A DNA stretch of 64,000 nucleotides from the human T2T-CHM13v2.0 reference genome, Homo sapiens. The position numbers were made by a program, and so were the translations under genes. The number at the start of each line of letters is the position of its first letter. Positions within the stretch are counted from its first letter, which is position 1. Under the pieces are notes generated by a model. That model ran no database searches. It saw nothing but the letters and a program-made list of their open reading frames with translations, and had not been told where the DNA came from. Below are positions 1 through 16,707 of this stretch, piece by piece. Location: assembly GCF_009914755.1 (NCBI RefSeq), contig NC_060925.1; one strand, written 5' to 3'.

Positions 1-833
<833 letters not shown>

Positions 834-885
834 AGATATTAACTCAAAATGAAAACAATGAGTACTATTTTTCTAATCAGAAAAT

Positions 886-1179
886 GTTATTTTATTTTTT
901 ACTATTATTTTTAGAGTCGATGTCATCCCCTGTCACACAGACTGGAGTGCAGTGGCATGATTAGCTTTGAATTCCTGTTCAAGTGATCCTCCCACCTCAG
1001 CCTCCAGAGTAGCTAGGGCTACAGGCAGTGCTGCCACACCTGGATAATTTTTAAATTTTTTGTAGAGATGGGGGTCTTACTATGTTGCCCAGGCTTGTCT
1101 CAAACTCCTGGCCTCAAGTGATCCTCCTGCCTCTGTCTCCTGAGTCGCTGGATTACAGGTATGAGCCACCAGGCTCAGC
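886..1179 (-). mobile_element. Old Alu (AluJ-like)
   Basis: T-rich start, ctggagtgcagtggc ... ggattacaggtatgagccacc; followed by (TG)n at 1191-1209. Confidence 0.85.
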
Positions 1180-1350
1180 AGAAAATTAAATGTGTGTGTG
1201 TGTGTGTGTTTTTAACAAGTCATTAGTTCCTGGCAATTCTATTTCACTTCCAAATCCACCTCATTTTGCAGTGCCCTGTTCTTAGTAGTCCTGGTTTAGG
1301 AAGAGTCGTGTTTCACATGATCAAGGTAGCCAACACAATGAAAGTTGAGT

Positions 1351-1439
1351 TCACAGAGTATTTATTTATTTTGGTCCCTCACAGAGTATCTATTTATTTT
1401 TGGTCCCTCACAGAGTATTTATTTATTTTTCTTCCCTCA
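1351..1439. repeat. Minisatellite, three 28-29 bp units
   Basis: tcacagagtatttatttattttggtccc / tcacagagtatctatttatttttggtccc / tcacagagtatttatttatttttcttccc. Confidence 0.9.
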
Positions 1440-1999
1440 AATAATTCAGCACAATTAAATTCAGCAAATATTTATTGAACACTTGGAGATGATGATGGAA
1501 AATTATGTTCACGTAGTGCCATCTAGTACAATGGAAATGGCATGGGATTTGGACTGAACCAGAATTGTCTTAAATCCTGGCTTTGTTAGTTTTAGGTATG
1601 TCATCTTGAGCAGTTCACTTCACTTTTTGAGCCACAATTTCTCTTCCTTACATAAAGATATTTATAAATACCCCACAGGTTGTTATAATAAAGGTTGAAG
1701 GTGCTTGGCACATAAGCAAAAATTATGAATAAATATGTATTAAAATATATAATAACTACAAAATAAAATAAAAATATTGTTTTTCTCACCACATGTCAGG
1801 ATCTTTACACATATAATCTAATTTTATCCTTACAGGATTGCTAGCCTGGTGTGCAACAATAGTTGTCATATATTGAGTGACTGTCAATTGCCAAGTCCTT
1901 CACTTTTCTCATGAACATCACATGGACACCTCATGAGCCAGTCACCAAGCACTGTGCTAATCACTAGGGAAACAGGAATAAAATATGATCCTAGTCTTC

Positions 2000-2168
2000 T
2001 AGGATGGGGTTTTTCAAACTTTAATTGCAAATGAAACACCGAGGGATATGTTGAAATGAAGATTCTAACCCACTAGGTCTGAGGTAGGGCCTAAGATTCT
2101 GCATTTCTAACAAGCTCCCAGGTTTTACCAATGCTGCTGGTCTATAGACCACATGTTGAGGAAGAAGG
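2000..2168. mobile_element. MER5-like hAT DNA transposon fossil
   Basis: taggtctgaggtagggcctaagattctgcatttctaacaagctcccagg...gctgctggtctatagaccaca resembles the MER5A/B consensus. Confidence 0.7.
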
Positions 2169-2329
2169 TTTCAGCAGCTTGTGGGCTTGGAAAAAGACAG
2201 ACAAGTGCCCAGATAATTAAAATGTGACACTGGAGGCATGAGGGAAAGCCCTGGGAGGACAAGGAGGCAAATCTTCACAAGGGAAGTTCAATATGCATCA
2301 GTTATCATATAAGTAAGTTTTTCTAATTT

Positions 2330-2600
2330 ATTTATTTGATATTTTAATTTTACTTATTTATTTTTTGAGACAGAGTCTTGCTCTACCACCTCCCAGGTTC
2401 AAATGACTCTCCCACCTCAGCCTCCCGAGTAGCTGGGACTACAGGCATGCACCACCATGCCCAGCTAATTTTTGTGTTTTTTGTAGAGACCAGGTTTCAC
2501 TATGTTGGCCAGGCTTGTCTCAAACTCCTGACCTCAAGTGATCTGCCCGCCTTGGCCTCCCAAAATGCTGGATTACAGGTGCTAGTCACTGTGCCCGGCC
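2330..2600 (-). mobile_element. Alu with internal deletion
   Basis: T-rich tail, gagacagagtcttgctct ... gtgcccggcc. Confidence 0.88.
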
Positions 2601-2657
2601 TATTTCTTTATTATTTAATTATTGAGTTGAATGTGTTCAGAAGTTTAGAAGACTTAC

Positions 2658-2761
2658 TTTGGCACTCAAAAGTATGTCCAGAAAATCCTGGCGTCTTTTC
2701 TGAGTAGTATCTTGTTTTAGCTTATCCTTAAGAGACTCCTTCCGGTCCTGGATTACTTTCT
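2658..2761 (-). pseudogene. CYP4Z2P: CYP4Z2P exon 7
   Basis: ctag|AG AAA GTA ATC...AGT GCC AAA|gtaagt; (E)[34 protein letters not shown]; not in the ORF track. Confidence 0.93.
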
Positions 2762-3224
2762 CTAGATGGAAAAATTATGATCTTTGTTATTATCAAGGTT
2801 ACTGGAAAGTCAATCAAAGCCAAATGTAGTTCTGAGAAGCTGGTGCTTTATGGGTACCCCCTGGCACCCCCCCCATGTTTCTGAGTTGGTAAGGGACAGT
2901 ACCACCAGCTGTCTTTTTTTTTTAAATGGTCCCATCCCTGACCTACAGGTACTTCACCCTTTAGCCACAATTTCTCTTCCTTCAAGTAAGAATGTTGAAA
3001 TGTATCACACCGAGTTGTTGTAAAGGTTGGAGGTGTTTGACATATATGCTTAGAGGTGCTTGGTACATAAATTTAATTCAAAGGTTGTAAAATTTGTTTG
3101 TGATGTAGGGTACTGTTACCAATCGCTGAGCTTAATTTGTACAACCTAGGCTTTGGTTTTAAAGAAAAAGATGAGATGTCATATCTCATGGTAGAGACTG
3201 GTGCTCAAAATGAGTGGTGGAGGA

Positions 3225-3460
3225 ATACTGAAAATATTCCCTTTGAGAACTGGAACAAGACAAGGAAGCCTACTCTCACCACTCCTATTTAACATAATAC
3301 TGGGAATGCTAGCCACAGCAATCAGGCAAGAGAAAGAAATAAAAAGCATCCAAATAGGAAAATAAGAAATCAAACTATCTCTCCTTGCGGATGATAAATT
3401 CTATGCCTGGAAAACCCTGAAGACTCTGCCAAAAGGCTCCTGGAACTGATAAATGACTAG
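3225..3460 (+). mobile_element. L1 ORF2 (reverse transcriptase region) fragment
   Basis: ttccctttgagaactggaacaagacaagga...ctctcaccactcctatttaacataatactgg, i.e. [15 protein letters not shown]. Confidence 0.85.
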
Positions 3461-6400
3461 TGGAAATAGAAATTCTCTCCATAACACACATTGTTAGTTC
3501 TCTACAGTACATTGCAGCTTTCCAACTTTTCCTTTTTGTGCCTTTTCTACTGGAAACTAGGCTCTAAGCTACTTCTGTGAACAGGAAAGTTCTGCCTTTA
3601 GCAGTTAGGAGTAAAATGTCTTCCATAGCCAAATTTTAGTCTCCATATTGTCCCATCAGCATGAAAATAGCCCCTCAGTTCCTATGTTCTTTTAAGACAT
3701 CCAATCTGTTTCCTACTAAAATGGTACTTAGTAAGGGGATTCTAAGTTTGGAAGTTAACTGGAACCATTTTTCTAAGGTAAATGCTTTAGCATGGGCCAT
3801 AATAGCAGGCAATTTGGCACATTGCCTCCATTAAAGGAGGCTTGCCCAAAAATGACACAGTCTCTCATATTTTGGGGAGCCGGGCAGATTACACAGGTTT
3901 AGGAAGTGAAAAGAGGAATGACACAAGGTGGATAAGCTAAGGTTGTGTGGGTAAAGCATCACTTAGTTCATCTGGTTCCATAGCTTGGAGGACCACGCCT
4001 TCGACCATAGGTGGCATAGTTAACAGGGTGCTGGGACCCAAGAACCAGGGAGAGAAAACAGCCAGAAGGATGCTCCCCTGTCTTGTCCTTCACCCTGGGT
4101 CATATGGAAAGGAAGGAGACTAAAAGAACTCTCACATCTTTTTCTAGATGGGTAACAGATTATCTTCAGCTTGCACCCCTCTGGAGTGCACTCTGAAACA
4201 CTGGAACTTCTTTAACCTCAGGACTTCAAAAAGAAAAGCAACTCATTTTCTTTTGCACAAGTGCATGGCATTTTTACTAAACCCTTGCAAACATCGTAAG
4301 ATCAACCCAACTCTTTTAACAATCATATCAGGCAGGCCCAAAAAAGAATAGTTCCCCCAAATTAGAGAAGTAACCTCCAGGGAAACCATCTGAGGATTCC
4401 CCTTATTTGGGGCCCCTTCAAGTTCCCTTCTCATTATAGGACCTTAGGCAAATAAATGGAGACTTAGGCCAGTTTTCTAATGACCCTGATAGGTATTTAG
4501 AGGCTTTCCAAAATTTAACTCAGGTATTTCACCTGCCATGGAGGGATGTTATGCTGCTCCTAAACCAGACCCTCACAGCAGCTAAAAAGCAGGCAGCTCT
4601 GCAAGCAACAGAAAATGTTGGAGATGAGCAATATATCTCCTATAATACACCAAAAGGGAAGAAAGCAGATAGGGAAAGTAAAGAAATAGCAAAAACACCA
4701 TTCCCAATTGGGAGAGAGGCAATTCTGGTAAAGACCCCTAATTGCAACCCCAATAACTCAGAAGATAAATGGAAAAGGAAGCACTTTTTAATATGCATTT
4801 TAGAAGGCCTATGGAAAACCAGGACCAACCCTCTCAATTACTCTAAACTGTCTATAATAGACCAGAAGCCAGATAAGAATTCCGTAGCCTTTACAGAAAG
4901 GCTGAGAGAGGCTGTACTAGAACCCCAATATTAGAAGGAAAGTACAGAAGCAAGCTATAGGACCAGATAGCACCTTAGAGAACCTCCTGAAGGTGGCCAC
5001 TTTGGTCTTTTATAATAGGGACCAGGGGGAGGCCCAAAAGAAAGAGAAAAAGCTCAGGAGAAGGAGAGAGACGGTAGCACCAACTTTGCAGGCTTGCAAA
5101 GTCCAGGATCCCCAAGTTGCATCCGCTAGTTTCTATCGGTGTGGCATTTTAAGAAGGAGTGCCCAGGCAGCAAGACAAAGCCAGCGTGACCCTGTCCAGC
5201 CTGTGGCACAGATCACTGGACATGGAAGTGCCCCCAGAGGTGGAGGTCACTGGGTTCAGGACCACTCTCACAGATGGTCCAGCAGGACTGATGGGTCCTG
5301 GGACTCAAATGCCGACTCCAGTGGCTCAAACTGCTAGTACAGCACGGGAGCCCTGGGTGATTCTGGAAATTAAAGGAAGGAAAGCGGACCTCCTTCTGAA
5401 CATTAGAGCCAGTCTCCTTTCTCCCCTTTAACTCCAGGCCTCCCCTCTTCCCATAGCACGACCAGAAGGGGCATATCAGGAAAAACTCTGATCCAATATT
5501 TTTCTCAACCTTAGTTGCAGTTAGAACTTATTGTTTACACGTGTTTCCAAACCATCGTCATAACAGCTCTACTAGCAAAAAAAGCCTCCAGGTTAACCCT
5601 AGGAAATAATTTAACTGTTTACACTCCACATGATGTGGCATTATCACTGTCCTGTAGGGGGAGCTCTTAGTTAACAAACAGCCAGTAAAGCAAGAAGTAC
5701 ATAAGGCAGGATAAGCAGTAGTCACTCTAAATAATGTCTCTCCCCAGGCACAAGCACTTAATTGACTGAGCTAATAGCACTTACAAGAGCACTTGAATTA
5801 AGCAAGGAAAGGTAGCTAACATTTATACCTACTCCAAGTACGCTCTCTTAGCTCTCCATGCTCATGCTGCCATTTAAAAGGAAAACCGCCAATGGACCTC
5901 CTATAAAATATCACCACAAAATTAGCAGGTTATTATCCTCAGTTTTTCTTCCATGAGCAATAGGAGGGATGCATTGCAGGGGACATCAAAAGGGAACAAA
6001 TAAGATAGCCGAAGAAAATAGGTTAGCTGATCAGGCAGCTAAATCAAAGGCAAGGAAGCCTCAGGGCATCAACATGCTTCAAGCCCCTTCTAATTTAGGA
6101 AGGCTTCATAAGAGAAATTAAACCCCAGTATTCCCCTGCAGAAATAAAATAGGCCACTTCTCAAGGGCATACTTTTCAGTTCTCAGGATGGTTACAGTCA
6201 GGATGGCAAACTCTATTTGCCAGCCTCCAGCCAATGGAAAGTCCTTAAAATCCTTTGCCAAGCTTTTCACTTGGAAAAGGACAAAAACTTATCAATGTGC
6301 TCAGAGATTGTTTCAGGCAGGAAACCTCTAAATTGGTTAAGCATGTAAACTCTCTAGCTCACTTCCAATAGACGATAACACAACTAACAAGAACCCAATC

Positions 6401-7969
6401 CCAAGAAATAGAAACACCTTTATTTAACCCAGGAAATTTGGTATTGGTGAAAACTCTCAGCTCTTTCTCCTTCCCTAAGTCAAGCTGGAAAAGGCCCTAC
6501 ACTGTTCTTCTTTCAACCCCCTCAGCAGTAAAAGTTACAGGAATCAACTCCTGGATACATCACACTCAAGTCAAAGCCTGAAGAGCTGAGGGAGCAACCC
6601 CTGACAGCTCAGAGGAATGTCTCCATATCAATGTGAAGAAACAGAGGATCTTAAGCTGAAAATCATAAAAGATAAGTAACTGAGTGACGGCTACTTATCT
6701 TACTCAGTCCCTCTCCTACCTCACCAGATACTTTTCACTATTTCTAACCTTTCCTCTCAAAGATCATCACCAGATACTAAAACTTCTTTTTAACACATAT
6801 TTGCAGGGAGATTTTAATTATTCATAGAATCGCATTTGTAATTTTGTAAATCCCCAAAGGGAAATGTTATGTAAACTTTTCAAAGGAAATTATTTACTAT
6901 GCCACTCTTGTGGGAATTGTTATAGTCATGCTACTATTTGCAAAAGAAGTATACACGGTAGCACCCACAATGTGGAACTCTGGTTGTAAAATTCTAATTG
7001 CTGTAATATCTTGCCTAATTATTATCCTTATAACAGGATTAATAATTGCAGGAAAGATTTAGTCAAGGTTGTTTGCTTATGGCAGGAGTAATAGTTATGG
7101 ACAAGAAACAAGTATGAAAATTTTACTATCATTAAGTTTAATAGGACTTTTTACTGAAGGTTCGTAATATAATCCACTTTAAGCTATGAAGAGAAGGTTA
7201 TAAAGAAGAAGATTTTATAAAAGAAAGGATTTTGTATGGTAAATACTTGTCGTAAAAAAGATGACTGGTTGTTTAAAGGAAGAATGTTTAGGACATGTCA
7301 GAAAGTTTAAGTGTGTTGTAAGAGGGTCTATGAAAGTCAGAAAAAATTAATAATTAAAGGAAAGGAATTGTGAGATTAACACTAAAGTTGTTTTAGCATC
7401 CAATATCATATTTCTCCCAATCATATTGCAAGTTATAAAAATGGCCTAAGCCTGAACTTATTCTCTAAGCAAACCTAACTGCTGTGAAGGGGCATTGGAC
7501 GACAATTCTTTCTTGCTACTGCCTGCTGAAAAGGGGCGTTGTATGGGAGAAAGGCAGTTGGGCCTCCTCCTGAGGTTGATCTAAGGGTTCTCAAAAAAAT
7601 AGCTTGTTCATGTGTGGTTCTGCCTGCAGCACTGTTTGGAGTTTGATTGCTTCTAGGTGAAAAGAGATAAATTTTACAAGAAGGTTTAAAATATAGGGTT
7701 AGAATATATGAGTATTAAGAGTATCACTGTTAATGGGGATCCTATAGGCCATAACAGAGTTTGATACCTGTTACACCAATGGATTGCAATATTGGTTTGC
7801 CTCCATTAGGTGTCGCTGTGCATTACCAGAAACATTAACATAAAAGTAACATTTTTCTTAAGAAAAGCATACATTTCCCCCTTGACTTGTCATTAGAGAA
7901 TAACTTCCACAATGTGGAATTCTGGTTGTAAAATTCTAATTGCTGTAATATTTTGCCTAATTATTATCC
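3461..7969 (+). mobile_element. Degenerate class I ERV internal region (HUERS-P3/MER52/MER61-int-like) without visible LTRs
   Basis: gag remnants (MGNRLSSACTPLEC.LKHW at 4148; LNYSKLSIIDQKPDKNSVAFTERLREA 4551-4934), protease start (EPWVILEIKGRKADLLL), RNase H/integrase remnants 5750-6680, inverted env tail near 7470-7700. Subfamily tentative. Confidence 0.75.
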
Positions 7970-8415
7970 GTATCCTGCACATCCTGCACATATACCTCGG
8001 AACTTAAAAAAAATTATTAAAAAAACCCATCATAACAATATTTAAAAATATGAGAAGTAGTAAATAGAGGTTCAAATGGTGTAAGATCCTTGCATTTTCA
8101 GGGAAGTATAATGTAATTACATATGTTAGATTCTAATAAATAAAGACTACATGTTGTAATTTCTAGCATACCCATGAAAACTAAACTTATGATCCAAAAC
8201 AGAAAAAATAATAATATAAAATGATCCAGCAATTAATAAAAGAAGGGATAAAAATCGGTTAAATAGAAAACAAATAGTTACACGGCATGTTGAAATCCAA
8301 ATATTCTAGTGATTACATTAAATATAAGTGGTTTAAATGCTCTAACCAAAGCACAAAGATTTTCAGACTACATAAACAAAATCTAAATAAATGCTGCATA
8401 TGAGAAATAAACCTT

Positions 8416-11652
<3,237 letters not shown>

Positions 11653-12349
11653 TACATAAACCGCAAATATAAGGGCACAGAAATGGAAATAAAAGAGTAT
11701 GGAATAATATACTATCAAAATACTAACCAATGGAAAGCAGAGGTTATCATACTAGTATCAGATAGAGTAGATCTTAAGACTAGAAGCATTATTAGAGAAA
11801 AAGAGGCCAATTTTATCAAGATAAAATGATAAATCAGAAATATATTCCAATTGTAAATGGCTATTGTCATAGGTAGACCTATGGTCCCTCAAAGTTATCT
11901 ATGTCCTAAGTCCCCAAAAACCCATGCAAAAGGAATCCTCAGTGGTGTGCTGTGTTGTTTGATGAACTGTGCATAGTAGGCAGTACCCACTCATGTTCAG
12001 TACTTGCTCAGATGTCCTGCTCTGTCTTCCTACAGAAATGTACTTCCTTTCACTTTTACTTTTCTTCACATCTGAAGCTGCTCCATAAGAAATGAAGCAA
12101 AATAGACAGATGTTTTGCTTATTGTATTAGTTCTAACTCCAAACATTAAAATGCAGCTATATATAGTCAATAATATAATACCCTCTACATAGCATTTATG
12201 TAGCACATTCATTTAAGAGGTACAAATTAGCATTTCTGAATGATGACCATGCCATATGTCCATAGTAGAAGCAGCCATAACCAGAGTCAATGTCTCAGAC
12301 AATGAGATGTCTGATAGCGGACTCTGGCCATGTAAATCCCAGGACTAAC

Positions 12350-12504
12350 CTGTGAACTGATGAAGTTCTTGGTTAAATTTAGAAAAGATTTGGCCTTGAG
12401 AGCTGAATTTGAAAACCAGGTCGTTGTGATGTAGAAAATTGTTCATGCGCTGGTTGGAGATTTTGCTAAGGTTGAACACTGCTTTCAGGTATGAGTCCAG
12501 GGTA
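12350..12504 (-). pseudogene. CYP4Z2P: CYP4Z2P exon 6
   Basis: ttccag|T ACC CTG GAC...TTC ACA G|gttagt; TLDSYLKAVFNLSK...NQELHQFT; 155 nt. Confidence 0.95.
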
Positions 12505-12583
12505 CTGGAATAGGGAAGATGGAACAACATGTTAGTGGGTGACACAGTTATTGGCAAACAATTACCTTCCTTTTACCACTGAC

Positions 12584-12708
12584 CTGTCCAACTGGATGCT
12601 GCCCTGGTGGCTGAAGGCACACTTCATGATGCTGTCCAGGGTCATCAGGGAGACATGTTGAAAGAGCTCCAGACGTGAGTTTTGGGCAATGTGTTCCTCC
12701 CATTTGTT
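12584..12708 (-). pseudogene. CYP4Z2P: CYP4Z2P exon 5
   Basis: ccccag|AAC AAA TGG...GAC AG|gtcagt; NKWEEHIAQ...[20 protein letters not shown]; 125 nt. Confidence 0.95.
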
Positions 12709-13687
12709 CTGGGGCAGGGGATGAATATCATGATCATACACATGCCCATCTTTTCCCAATTTCTAAGTTATTTTATGTCCCTTTTAGAGTTTGCTGGGGT
12801 TTGAAAATATAAAGTGTACAAAATGAATTTGCCTTATTATGACAACCATATAAAATAAAACACCTTGTCAGTACTGAAAATGATACTGTGCCTTAGATGC
12901 TATTTGTGACTTTGTAAGGGTGGGGAAATAGCTATTTTTCCCTCTTTTTCAAGTTTCATTAGTACAATTTATATGACTTTTATCATGGAAAAACTAAGCT
13001 GACAAAACATGGAATAAAAAATAAATAAGAATTCAAAAACATCTGTAGAGAGCATAAATAAACAGAGGTTTTTGATTCTAGGAAAAGATCCCTAAAAATA
13101 TTTAGTACTTGACAAGTTTTTTCCCAGATCCATTGAGAATTTAGAAAGGAATTAGAGATAGTTCTTGTTCTCAAAGAGTTTGCAGTTAAGAGTCAAGACA
13201 GAAAACCCTCAACTATATATTAGAATTCAGATGTATTTACCCCCTTGGACATACCTGCCAATATCCCAGAAAATTTCACTTTGTCAAAAGCCAAATGTTT
13301 ATTGAGACGAAGTTCTCCATTTCAATATAAATATTTATACACTGTTAAGCTGTTATTAACTCTGTAATGTGAATTAATTAATTAATTCAATTTGAAAGCT
13401 TTTTTCCAAACATGTTACTAAAATCAGATGTTCTGAAAGATTGCAACTGTCATGGAGCCAAGAAGAGTAGAGAAAGAGCATGAGGTAGGTGATAATGGGG
13501 GTGGTGTCTGTTTGGATGTGGGTAAGGGCATTGCAAGGAGAGGCAGTGGTTGGAGCAGGCTGAAGGGGGCATCATCAGGAAGGAGCCTTAGACTCGAAGA
13601 GAGGTGCATCAGTTCAGGGTGTGCTCTTCCAACTCAAGGAAGCTTGAGTTTGAACTCAACTCTTCCCCTAATCTGCCTTATGATCAT

Positions 13688-13815
13688 GTATTTTTAGTAG
13701 AGATGGCGTTTGGCCATGTTGGCCAGGCTGGTCTTGAACTCCTGGGCTCAAGCCATCCGCCCACCTTGGCCTCCCAAAGTGCTGGGATTACAGGCATGAG
13801 CCACTGCACCTGGCC
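13688..13815 (-). mobile_element. Alu left-monomer fragment
   Basis: tgtatttttagtagagatgg...cctcccaaagtgctgggattacagg...cctggcc. Confidence 0.8.
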
Positions 13816-14867
13816 TGCCTTGTGACTTTAAACAAACTGCTTAATCTCTGCATCTCAATATCCTTACTAGCAAAATGGAGATAATACAGCAAAATTGTAA
13901 GACTGTAGTAGTATAAAAGGATATAATAAGCTTGATGCATAGTAAGTGCTTAAAAAGTATTTGCAGTCGCTATATTTATATGTTTTGCTTTGATTTTTAT
14001 TTTGGAATGGGACATGGGCATGGTGACGAGGGTCATAAAGGATAACAACATGGCACACTGGAAAATATGGGGCCAGTATGAATCCAAGCTGACGTGTTCA
14101 GGGGAACCCATGTCTCTGAGCCCCTGTATCATTAAGAAGTCTTTGTGACTAGGATTGAGATCCTGTGTATAGAATTGCTTTACTCCATGCCTGGGATCTT
14201 AGAAACTTAGTCTTTGAGTTGTCGCAATCACCTCATTCAGGACCCCTGAAACAGACCTTAGGTGTGCTCAAAACCACCTCGCATGTCTTTGCCATCCAAA
14301 CTCCAAGAGGACAGGTGTGGATACATACAACTGTGTCTTCTCTATGGGTTCTAGATTGTCTTGTGAAATCTCTGCACCCTCTTCTGCCTCAGCCAAAGCT
14401 AAAGCTCCCTTTTCTCCTTGACCACAAGGCCATCTTTTCTCTGAGTCCCCATCTCTAGAAATCCTCCCCATTCTCCAAGACTCAGCTCGTGTCACCTTTC
14501 TTAGGAAGTCTTTCCTGACTCGACCTCCTGAACATGATACATTTCTCTATGTTGGCATGGCTACTCCTGTGGGTGTCTTTGCTCTTCTGCCTTGTGTTCT
14601 CCAAATGTAGTGAGTCTACTGGACTCACTCACTCATTCATTCAGCTACTTCTCATTGAGCACCTACCCTGAGTCCATCCCTGTGAGAAGTGTTGGGTATA
14701 CAAGACAGGGTCCTTGCCCTGATGATGATGGTCATGGTCTAAACATCAAATAACCCCATATAAACTGCTGTGATCATGGTTCTGAGGGAACACAGAGTCT
14801 CCCACACCATACGGCTGGCAGCACCTCACTTCAGAGGCCAGGTACGAATGCTCTCTTCTCCTCTTAC

Positions 14868-14995
14868 CAGCATCATCCGAACACTCTTAGACATCATGGT
14901 GATGAATATTTTCAGAATGCTGATGTTGAAGCCAGGTTTCACAATCTGGCGGTGCTTTTTCCATTTAGAACCATCCAGGGTCACAAGTCCTCGAC
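14868..14995 (-). pseudogene. CYP4Z2P: CYP4Z2P exon 4
   Basis: ataag|GT CGA GGA CTT...ATG CTG|gtaaga; GRGLVTLDGSKWKKHRQIVKPGFNISILKIFITMMSKSVRMML (WxxxR motif); 128 nt. Confidence 0.95.
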
Positions 14996-16288
14996 CTTAT
15001 GAAATGAGAGGGGCAACTGTTTCTATCACAGGCCAGGTAAGTGAAGAAAGACTAGGTAGGCAGCGAGCAATTCCCTATCTATGACACTGGAGAAAAGCTA
15101 GAGTGGACAGAGCTTTGAAAGAGTGAATGAGCAGGAGTAGACCTAACCCTTTGGGAATTAAGTCCAAATCAGAAAATTTGTTTATACAATGAACTCAAAA
15201 AAAGGTCCATCCTATCCTATTTGATGGTCAGATTCATCAGCCTCTTGATAAGAGTTCAAATTTAGGGTGGGTGAGAATTGCCCGAGGTGCTTGCTAGAGG
15301 CAGATTCCTTAGCTTAATCCTTCAGAGCCAATAATTCCTAGGTGTTGAAGTAGAATCAAGGACTTTTGAGTTATGACAAGGGTCCCAGCTAGTTCAGGTC
15401 CACACTTTGAGAAATACTGCCTTAGACTGGCACAAAGTTCCAGACTGAAGCAGAGGTGCTGCTTTCTTTCCATCACTTTTGTGCTTCTCTTCAGGCTGAG
15501 GATCAATGATGGAGGACTAAAGGGGCTTTTCTTTATCATTCCTGCTGGACAAGTGGGTTTGAGATCTCCACTGAGTTCATAAAAGACTTAGTTTATGAGA
15601 GTGGATTCTTTCAAAGGGATCCTCAAGAGCAAGATTTTCCAGGGGCAATTAGATTGTGGAAAACTGATAATGAAATTTGTGGTGAATAATATTTTAAATT
15701 CTCTGTAAGGTGGGAAATCTAAGGACAGGGAGAGAAGGTACCCATGCACATTTGATCCAGGGATCTGGGGCTACTACCCAGATCCTGAATCTTCTGGTGT
15801 GAACTTGCTTAGCTGCACAGGCAGGTTGCCCAGAAAAGGGAGGGGAAGTGTGGAGGGAAAAGGAGAGAGAATGATCTTAAGCAACTTTCACAATGGCAAC
15901 CTCTTCCAGGGTACCATTCTCAGTAAGGTCCATGTTAGCAGGCTGAGGGACTCTCCTTCTCTTTCCATGATCCTCAAGTGGGGACTACCTGGGATAGTGA
16001 CATCAGTTGGTGTGAGGAGGAGAGCATACAACCCCCCGGGCCCCTTCTTATTCCTCCACCCCTACCCCTAGTTACACCAGAAATAAAGGACCAGTCCCAA
16101 ACAGGTAGAATAAGAGGAGAAGCTATGAAGGACAAGGCAAGATTGAGCTCAGGTTTCTGAAGCAAAAGCGAGTGTAGGTTGTGGTAAGGTGAGGGAGACA
16201 GGAGCATTTCGTGTCTATCAGGAAAGTAATTTCTCCCCCGACCCCCACCTCCACCAGGCTCAGATGAGAAAGGATCAGACACACATAC

Positions 16289-16657
16289 TGATATGGTTTG
16301 GCTCTGTGCCTCCACCTGAATCTTATGTCAAATTGTAATCCTCAGTGTTGGAGGAGAGGCCTGGTGGAAGGTGACTGAGTCATGGGGGTGGATTTTCCCC
16401 TTACTGTTCTTGTGATAGAATTCTCCCTAGATCTGCTTGTTTAAAAATGTGTAACACTCCACCCCTACTCCTGGTGGCCACGTGAAGGTGTGCCTGCTTT
16501 TCCTTTTCCTTCCACCACAACTGTAAGTTTCCTGCAGCCTCCCAAGAAGCAGAACCCTGTACAGCCAATAGAACCATGAGTTGGTTAAACCTCTTTTCAT
16601 TATAAGTTACCCAGTCTCAGGTATGTCTTTATAGCAGAATGAGAATGGACTAATACA
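16289..16657 (+). mobile_element. MaLR solo LTR (MSTA/THE1D-like)
   Basis: Starts tgatatggtttggctctgtg, ends gagaatggactaataca; perfect 5-bp TSD catac (16284-16288 / 16658-16662). Confidence 0.9.
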
Positions 16658-16662
16658 CATAC

Positions 16663-16707
16663 CAACCCAGGATTCAAGGATTTTGTGGCTAACAGCACTT
16701 TTGGGAT
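16663..16707 (-). pseudogene. CYP4Z2P: CYP4Z2P exon 3
   Basis: ttttacag|AT CCC AAA AGT...TGG GTT G|gtatgt; (D)PKSAVSHKILESWV; 45 nt. Confidence 0.95.

Noticed and set aside
13370-13389. 20-bp perfect palindrome tgaattaattaattaattca
   Set aside because: An (ATTA)n microsatellite is self-complementary; no other support
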